DNA from: an uncultured Acidobacteriaceae bacterium
Lineage (GTDB): Bacteria > Acidobacteriota > Terriglobia > Terriglobales > Acidobacteriaceae
Reading direction: 5' to 3'
DNA: 64,000 nt
NCBI GenBank assembly: GCA_963819725.1
Contig: CAWFXK010000017.1
Coordinates: 18,150 to 82,149 of the forward strand
In this document: in pieces, positions 57,928 to 64,000 of the stretch
How positions within the stretch are numbered: position 1 is the first letter of the stretch
Layout: every line of letters starts with the position of its first letter
The notes under the pieces: model-generated
Databases searched by the model: none
Told to the model about the DNA's origin: nothing
Seen by the model: only the letters and a program-made list of their open reading frames with translations
Program-made: the position numbers and the translations under genes

Positions 57928-59464
57928 GTGAAATCCATCCGCTTCGCCTTTCTTCTGCTCTTCTCCCTTCTGCCCTCTGCCTCCACCCTCCGCGCTGAGA
58001 TTCGCCTCCCGCACATGCTCAGCGATCACGCCGTTCTGCAGCGCGACCGCCCCATTCACATCTGGGGATGGGCCACGCCCGGCGCGCATCTCACTGCCAA
58101 ATTACACGCGCAAACCGTCCCCGCTATCGCCGACGCCCGCGGCGCCTTCAGCCTCTGGCTCGCTCCCGAATCCGCGGGTGGACCCTACACCCTTACCATC
58201 ACCGGCGATGGCGCCGACGTAACGCTTTCCGACCTTCTCATCGGCGATGTCTGGTTCGCCTCCGGCCAGTCCAACATGGAGATGCCTCTCCAGGGCTTCC
58301 CAGGCAGCGCCGTCCTCAAAGACGCCGACAAGGAAATCGCCGCTGCGACAAATCCCAAACTCCGTCTCCTCGTCGTCGATCGCAAAGGCTCCGATTTCCC
58401 ACTCAACGACATCCCCGATACCTGGACCCTCTGCACCCCGGAAACCGCCGCGAAGTTCTCCGCTGTCGCCTACTTTTACGGCCGCGAGATTGCCGCAAAG
58501 GAGAATGTCCCTGTTGGCCTCATCGATTCCACCTGGGGCGGTACGCCCGCTGATTCCTGGGTCTCGATGGATACCCTCGGCTCTCACCCCGAGCTGCTCC
58601 CTGCTTTCGCCGCACGCGCTCACTTCGCCGACGAGCAGACCGATCTCCAGGCCCGCATCGCCGCCGACAAGGCCGAAGACGACGCCGCTCGCGCCGCCGG
58701 CAAGCCACTGACGCACCACGGATGGCACCCCGACGAAACCTCGTGGTCGCCCGCCGGCCTCTACAACGGCATGGTCGCTCCCTTCGCGCCCATGTCCCTC
58801 CGCGGCTTCATCTGGTACCAGGGCGAGACCAATTCCGCGCAGGACCGCGCCCCGTATTACCACACGCTCTTCTCGTCTCTCATCCGCGACTGGCGTATGC
58901 AGTTCGCGCAGGGCAATCTTCCCTTCTTCTACGTTCAGATTTCCAGCTTCGATTCACCCGCCGAGGACTGGGGCCGCGTTCGCGATGCGCAACGCCGCAC
59001 CCTGCAGCTCACCAACACTGCCATGGCTGTCACCCTCGACGTCGGCACACCCGACAACGTCCATCCGCCCGACAAGCAGACCGTCAGCCACCGCCTCGCC
59101 CTCGCTGCCCGCCACATCGTCTACGGTGAAACCGACCTGCCCTATGCGTCGCCGCTCTTCCGCCAGGCCACATCGGAACTCCAGTCCGACGGTAGCCACC
59201 GCGCTCCGCGTCTGGTTCGATCACGCGCACGGACTCACCAGCCATGACCAACCCATCGACGCCTTCGAGATCGCCGGCGAAGACCACCACTTCGTACCCG
59301 CGCAGGCCCGCATCGACGGCGAGACGGTCGTCGTCTCCTCCGCCGCTGTTCCTCATCCTTTTTATGTTCGCTATGGATGGATGGGCGTCATGCCCCACAA
59401 CCTCTACAACGCCGCCAGCCTCCCGGCCTCAACGTTCACGTCGGAGACCTTTCCTGCGGACTAA
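57928..59464 (+). pseudogene. sialate O-acetylesterase (SASA/SGNH family), frame broken near 59197-59201
   Basis: Signal peptide, then GDVWFASGQSNMEMPLQG (GQSN nucleophile motif). ORF 57928..59247 reads ...PLFRQATSELQSDGS, and the next frame continues (T)ALRVWFDHAHGLTSHDQPIDAFEIAGEDHHFVP...* (ORF 58985..59464). Confidence 0.8.
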
Positions 59465-59490
59465 TCTGCGCGGCACGAAAGTCCTTGCCT

Positions 59491-59904
59491 TCACGCAGCC
59501 CGAACCACCAGCCGTTTTCCCAATGCCCGAAGCGCAGCGTCGATGCGGTCAATCTTTGTTGCATGCTTAAGATCCGTCAGCCGAGTCACTTCCTGCCTGG
59601 TCGTTCCGATCCGCCGCGCCAGATCCACCGGCCGCACCTTCTGTCGCAGCATTTCATTCAGCAGAAGAACCTTTGCCGTCAGACTCGGAGCCAGCTCCAC
59701 AACCGGCTGCCCTCTCTTCGGAGCCGAGGGAGCTGGAACCGGCCGATTGTCCTCAAAATAGAACTCCAGCGCTGTTTCCAGTGCCTCCTGCGCCATCTCC
59801 AGCGCTTCACTTCGATCCACGCCCTGGGTGTGAGCCTCCGGAATATCCGGAAAGCTCACCACGATGAACTTGCCGCTCCTGCGCAGATTGACCGGATATC
59901 GCAT
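59491..59904 (-). CDS. hicB: type II antitoxin HicB (with a C-terminal HTH)
   Basis: MRYPVNLRRSGKFIVVSFPDIPEAHTQGVDRSEALEMAQEALE... is a HicB fold, followed by the DNA-binding segment RRIGTTRQEVTRL. Confidence 0.85.
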   Translation of the reverse strand: MRYPVNLRRSGKFIVVSFPDIPEAHTQGVDRSEALEMAQEALETALEFYFEDNRPVPAPSAPKRGQPVVELAPSLTAKVLLLNEMLRQKVRPVDLARRIGTTRQEVTRLTDLKHATKIDRIDAALRALGKRLVVRAA

Positions 59905-59914
59905 CGTTGCTCCT

Positions 59915-60091
59915 TTATTTCAGGCCGAGCTGCTTCTTGATGTCCTCCACCAGCCCTTTGGAGATGTCCTTGTGGTGCATCGGAAGAACGGACTGGCGGC
60001 CCCGCAGGTACAACTTGAGATGCGAGCCCTTCTGATCCCCAAAAGTCACACCCTGTTTTGCCAGCCACCGCTTGAATTCCGCGCTCTTCAT
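59915..60091 (-). CDS. hicA: type II toxin HicA (mRNA interferase), 58 aa; below the ORF-track cutoff
   Basis: Hand translation of the minus strand gives MKSAEFKRWLAKQGVTFGDQKGSHLKLYLRGRQSVLPMHHKDISKGLVEDIKKQLGLK*. The GSH...P.H motif is typical of HicA. The stop lies 10 nt before the hicB ATG (AAAGGAG between them). Confidence 0.8.
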   Translation of the reverse strand: MKSAEFKRWLAKQGVTFGDQKGSHLKLYLRGRQSVLPMHHKDISKGLVEDIKKQLGLK

Positions 60092-60101
60092 CGGACGCTA
60101 C

Positions 60102-60130
60102 AGTGTAAACATTTTTGTTGACCGAGGCAA
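60102..60130 (-). promoter_or_regulatory. candidate hicAB promoter TTGCCT-17 nt-TACACT
   Basis: The -10 element ends only about 10 nt before the hicA ATG, implying a leaderless or near-leaderless transcript. Confidence 0.4.
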
Positions 60131-60184
60131 GTTACCAAAGTGGAGTACGGCAGGAACGACTGCGAAACCGGGAGCGGATACAAA

Positions 60185-60204
60185 CTGCTGAGAGCCATCA
60201 GCAG
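60185..60204 (-). terminator. stem-loop CTGCTGA-TGGCTC-TCAGCAG including the hypE stop codon, followed by TTTGTAT
   Basis: 7-bp perfect stem with a weak T tract on the minus strand. Confidence 0.4.
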
Positions 60205-61295
60205 ATCCGTGGCAGCTGTTCGCCAAACAGCACATCCACCACCCGCGTCCCGCCCACGCCGGTCTTCATTAGCACCATGCCCGGGTGCTGCTCCACCACT
60301 TCGCCGATCACGCGGCTCTCCGCGCCCAGCGGATGCTCCCGCATTGCCGCGAGCACGCGATCCGCAATCTCCGGCGCGACGATCGCCACCAGTTTTCCCT
60401 CGTTCGCCACGTACAGTGGATCGAGCCCCAGCAGCTCGCACGCGCCGCGCACCGAATCCCGCACCGGAATCGCGCTCTCCCGCAGCACCATCCCCACGCG
60501 CGACCGCCCCGCAATCTCATTCAGCACCGTGGCCACGCCGCCGCGTGTCGGATCACGCATCACCCGGAACCCCTCAATCTCGTCGCCCGCCGCCTCGAGC
60601 ATCGAGTCGACGAGTCCGTTCAGCGCAGCGCAGTCGCTCTCCAGCGCGCTCTCAAATTCCAGCCCCTCGCGTTGCGACAGGATCGTGATCCCGTGATCCC
60701 CGATAAATCCGCTCAGCAGAATCTTGTCGCCCGGCCTTGCCCGATCCGCCGACATCCGCACGCCTGTGGGCACCACGCCGATCCCCGTCGTCGTGATGAA
60801 AACCTTGTCGCCTTTGCCGCGATTGACAACCTTCGTATCGCCCGTCACCAGCTGCACGCCCGCACTCTGCGCCGCCGCAGCCATCGAATCCACGACCCGC
60901 TCCAGCTCCGTCGCTGCCAGCCCCTCTTCCAGAATGAACGCCGCCGACAAATACAGCGGCTTCGCGCCGCCCATCGCCAGATCGTTGACCGTGCCGTTCA
61001 CCGCCAGCGTACCGATGTCTCCACCTGGGAAGAAAATCGGCGTCACCACAAACGAATCGGTCGTAAACGCCAGCCGCGTGCCGCCAATTTCCAGCAGCGC
61101 CTGGTCATCCATCTTTTCCAGCGTCGAATTCCGAAAGCGGCTGACAAAAACCTTCTCGATCAGCTCCGCCGACAGCTTCCCGCCACTTCCGTGCCCCAGC
61201 ACAATCTGCGGATGCTCGAAGATCGGGCAGCGGACAAGACCCAAACGGCCCCAGTCCCGCCGCTGTCTCCTCACGCTCTTCCACTTTCCCCGCAC
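60198..61295 (-). CDS. hypE: hydrogenase maturation protein HypE (start ambiguous: TTG 61244, GTG 61295, or ATG 61299 in another frame)
   Basis: IVLGHGSGGKLS..., AIR-synthase-like fold, C-terminal ...GEQLPRIC*. Confidence 0.9.
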   Translation of the reverse strand: MRGKWKSVRRQRRDWGRLGLVRCPIFEHPQIVLGHGSGGKLSAELIEKVFVSRFRNSTLEKMDDQALLEIGGTRLAFTTDSFVVTPIFFPGGDIGTLAVNGTVNDLAMGGAKPLYLSAAFILEEGLAATELERVVDSMAAAAQSAGVQLVTGDTKVVNRGKGDKVFITTTGIGVVPTGVRMSADRARPGDKILLSGFIGDHGITILSQREGLEFESALESDCAALNGLVDSMLEAAGDEIEGFRVMRDPTRGGVATVLNEIAGRSRVGMVLRESAIPVRDSVRGACELLGLDPLYVANEGKLVAIVAPEIADRVLAAMREHPLGAESRVIGEVVEQHPGMVLMKTGVGGTRVVDVLFGEQLPRIC

Positions 61296-62420
61296 TCATC
61301 GCCCGTTCCCCAGCGTCACCAGATCCGAATCCTTCAGATGTCGCCCGTACGCGTAATACGCCGCGCACGCGCCTTCGGCCGACACCATCGTCGCCCCCAG
61401 TGGATGCTGCGGCGTGCACTCGGTTCCGAACGCCGGACAATCATGCGGCTTTTTGATTCCCTGCAGAATCTGCCCCGCGATGCAGACTGCGGGCTCCATC
61501 GTGTCGATCGCCTCAACGCTGAACCGCGCTTCCGCATCGAACTCCCGGAACTCCTCGCGGAGCCGGAAGCCGCTCTGCGGAATCATCCCCACGCCGCGCC
61601 ACTTGCGGTCGTTCACCTCGAACACCTTCGCGATCAGCTCCTGCGCGGGCCGATTGCCGCTTCGCTCGAGCACCCGCGAATACTGGTTCTCCACTTCCGC
61701 CCGACCCTGTTCCAGTTGCTCCACCACCATCAGCACGCCTTCCAGAATGTCCAGCGGCTCAAAACCTGTAACAACGATCGGCACACGAAACCGCGCCGCC
61801 AGCGGCTCGTATTCGGTGTATCCCACCACGGCGCACACATGCCCTGGCCCCAGGAATCCCTGCACCCGGTTTTGCGACGAGCTCAGCACCGCCTCAATGG
61901 CCGGCGGCACCAGCACGTGCGACACCAGCAGAGACAGGTTCTTCAGCCCCATCTGACGCGCCTGCCACGCCAGCATCGCGTTTGCCGGCGCAGTCGTCTC
62001 AAACCCGATCGCGAAGAACACCACCTGCTTCTCCGGATTCGCCTTCGCAATCTTCAGGCAATCCAGCGGCGAATACACCACGCGCACATCGCCGCCCTGC
62101 GACTTGATGCTGAACAGATCGCCATCCGACCCAGGCACGCGCAGCATGTCGCCGAACGAGCAGAAAATCACGCCGGGCTTGCGCGCAATCGCGTGCGCCT
62201 TGTCGATCATCTCCAGCGGCGTCACGCACACCGGGCAACCCGGCCCGTGCACCAGCTCAATCCCCTTCGGCAGCAGGTGATCGATCCCGTTCTTGACAAT
62301 TGAATGCGTCTGCCCGCCGCAGACCTCCATGATCACCCACGGTTTGGTCTGCGCCCGGCGAATCCGCTCCACCAGCTTCGCCGCAATGTCCCCATCGCGA
62401 TATTCGTCGAGATACTTCAT
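61296..62420 (-). CDS. hypD: hydrogenase maturation protein HypD
   Basis: [13 protein letters not shown]...EVCGGQTHS...GPGCPVCV...GFETT. Confidence 0.95.
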   Translation of the reverse strand: MKYLDEYRDGDIAAKLVERIRRAQTKPWVIMEVCGGQTHSIVKNGIDHLLPKGIELVHGPGCPVCVTPLEMIDKAHAIARKPGVIFCSFGDMLRVPGSDGDLFSIKSQGGDVRVVYSPLDCLKIAKANPEKQVVFFAIGFETTAPANAMLAWQARQMGLKNLSLLVSHVLVPPAIEAVLSSSQNRVQGFLGPGHVCAVVGYTEYEPLAARFRVPIVVTGFEPLDILEGVLMVVEQLEQGRAEVENQYSRVLERSGNRPAQELIAKVFEVNDRKWRGVGMIPQSGFRLREEFREFDAEARFSVEAIDTMEPAVCIAGQILQGIKKPHDCPAFGTECTPQHPLGATMVSAEGACAAYYAYGRHLKDSDLVTLGNGR

Positions 62421-62692
62421 GCGCCGCTCCTGCGGCTCTCTTCGATCTCCGGAATCTCCAGCTCGCCCAGCTGATCCAGCTCCGCCAGCGCCTCATAAGT
62501 CCGCCGCGCTTCCTCTTCATCCACGCGACTGATCGCGAATCCCACATGCACGAGCACATAATCGCCCACCTGCGTCTCGGGCACATAGTCCAGGCACGCA
62601 TCGCGGGTCACGCCGCCAAACTGCACGCGCGCCATCTGCAGGCCTTCCTGCGTACGAATCTCAACCACTTTTCCTGGGATCGCCAGACACAT
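62417..62692 (-). CDS. hypC: hydrogenase maturation chaperone HypC/HupF family
   Basis: [12 protein letters not shown]... has the essential N-terminal Cys2. 91 aa. ATGA-type overlap with hypD. Confidence 0.9.
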   Translation of the reverse strand: MCLAIPGKVVEIRTQEGLQMARVQFGGVTRDACLDYVPETQVGDYVLVHVGFAISRVDEEEARRTYEALAELDQLGELEIPEIEESRRSGA

Positions 62693-62959
62693 TTGCAAGA
62701 TCTCCCACCGCCCGCATGTGGTGGGGAGCGGGCCGCCCGGAGAACTCATGATAGTCCTCCCTCCGTACTCCGGGCTTGTGAGATACGTCACACGGCCAGG
62801 CCCTCTCCCTACTGCGCAGAAAAGCACCGGAAACCCCCTCAGCCGAGATGCTGAGCGGGTCCGCAGGCGCACCGGATCAGAACCCGAGGCCAAAAGTTGT
62901 ATGGCTCTCCCGGGTCCCACCAACCATCATTTTTGAATGACGAGGGCGGTAGCGGTTCC

Positions 62960-64000
62960 ATGAGATTACGGGCCCCAATCCTGGTGCCTGCGCTCGGTGC
63001 GGTCATCGCCTGCACGGCGCTATGGCAGTGGTGTGTTCCTGCCGAAGATACCTCGATTCAACGGCTTTCTCAGCTGCCGATTGGCTCCCTCATCCGCATC
63101 GAAGGAGCCGTCATCGCCATCGATCCGGCCAACACCCGCTTCTGGATTCAGGACAAAACCGGCACCCTTCCTATCCCCCTCGATCCCTCCCGCCTCGGCA
63201 TTCATGTCGGGGACACCCTCGTCCTCGACGCCACCATCACACCCCGCCCTTCCCATCCCGCCAATCCGCCCGGCGAACCTGCATCCGAAAGCGTGCGCCG
63301 TTCGCATTCCTCCGCGAAGCTCGCCGCCCCCCCAGGCCAGCCTCCGGACCGCCTCTCCATGGCCAATGCTGCGCCGGATGTCGGTCTCGCTGTCTCTTCG
63401 TACCAGCGCCGCGATACTCGCTGGGTTCTCTTTCCTTCTCTCTCTCTCGTGTGGCTCTTCGTCCTCAACCGCCGCGTCCGTCTGCAGAAAGCCGAGTTAA
63501 ACAGGACTTCAGGCGAGTTGCAGAAGGCCTCGAAAACCGGTCATGCCCTCCGCCAGCTCTCTTCTGAAGTTCAAACCCTTACCCAGCAGGGAAACTTCAG
63601 CCGCGACGTCGTTGTGCAGGACGTTGCCGAAGTCGCTCCACTCAGCGTCGCCGTCAACATCATGGTCGCCGAGATTCAGCGATGGGAACACATCAGCAAA
63701 GAAGCCGAATCCAGACTGAAGCGGATGGCCCTGATCGACGACCTCACCGGCCTGCCGAACCGCCGCCTCCTTGCCGACCGCCTCTCTCAGAGCATCACCA
63801 AGGCCCAACGCGATCTTTCCCTCGTCGCCCTCCTGCACATCGACCTCGATGCCTTCAAACTCGTCAACGACAACTTTGGCCACGACACCGGCGATCTTGT
63901 CCTTGCCAAAGTCGCCCAGCGCCTCAGAATGCGCTATCGCCAGTCCGATACCCTGGCCCGCATCGCCGGTGATGAGTTTTCTCTCATCCTCGACAACATC
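62960..64000 (+). CDS. membrane-associated diguanylate cyclase (GGDEF domain), 3' end outside the window
   Basis: Open frame from ATG 62960 to the window edge; it is missing from the ORF track because it has no stop. N-terminal TM and periplasmic region, second TM, then LIDDLTGLPNRRLL...HIDLDAFKLVNDNFGHDTGD...ARIAGDEFSLIL. Confidence 0.85.
   Translation, partial: MRLRAPILVPALGAVIACTALWQWCVPAEDTSIQRLSQLPIGSLIRIEGAVIAIDPANTRFWIQDKTGTLPIPLDPSRLGIHVGDTLVLDATITPRPSHPANPPGEPASESVRRSHSSAKLAAPPGQPPDRLSMANAAPDVGLAVSSYQRRDTRWVLFPSLSLVWLFVLNRRVRLQKAELNRTSGELQKASKTGHALRQLSSEVQTLTQQGNFSRDVVVQDVAEVAPLSVAVNIMVAEIQRWEHISKEAESRLKRMALIDDLTGLPNRRLLADRLSQSITKAQRDLSLVALLHIDLDAFKLVNDNFGHDTGDLVLAKVAQRLRMRYRQSDTLARIAGDEFSLILDNI

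Noticed and set aside
62693-62752. An upstream in-frame ATG with a very strong GGAGGGAGG Shine-Dalgarno that would extend HypC by 19 residues ([26 protein letters not shown]).
   Set aside because: HypC-family function requires a free N-terminal Cys (MCL...). The MCLAIPG start has its own GGGAG about 9 nt upstream, so the extension is probably not the functional protein. Pipelines may nevertheless call it.

Overview
High-GC (about 60%) chromosomal segment. Gene content and the intergenic repeat families look Acidobacteriota/Terriglobia-like, but that is from memory and unverified. Most of it is housekeeping: hrcA-grpE-dnaJ, a complete sufBCDSUT operon, tilS, sdaA, guaA, leuS, apt, lpxI, hypCDE, and tRNA-Leu(TAA), tRNA-Ser(TGA) and tRNA-Thr(CGT). 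Secreted hydrolases are interspersed (M14 and S9 peptidases, GH29 fucosidase, DUF2961, SASA esterase, amidase). I found no rRNA, CRISPR array, transposase, integrase or reverse transcriptase. Points worth a second look: (1) two paralogous small proteins of an unrecognised family, with conserved upstream sequence, flank an S9 peptidase next to tRNA-Ser; (2) a translationally coupled XRE-NfeD/YqiJ-flotillin unit followed by pspA, with a palindromic operator; (3) a hicA toxin gene (58 aa) absent from the ORF track, next to hicB; (4) a window-wide family of heptamer-phased (7/14 nt) tandem repeats in at least 10 intergenic loci, two of which form inverted pairs, one pair around a four-helix-bundle gene; (5) two further dispersed structured repeat families; (6) an orphan promoter plus terminator unit (candidate sRNA) and a 22-aa Lys-rich micro-ORF with strong signals; (7) six clear and one possible single-base frame breaks, all in the same direction and including essential leuS and sufD, which most likely reflect sequence errors. 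Everything is by eye from the sequence. No searches or folding were run.
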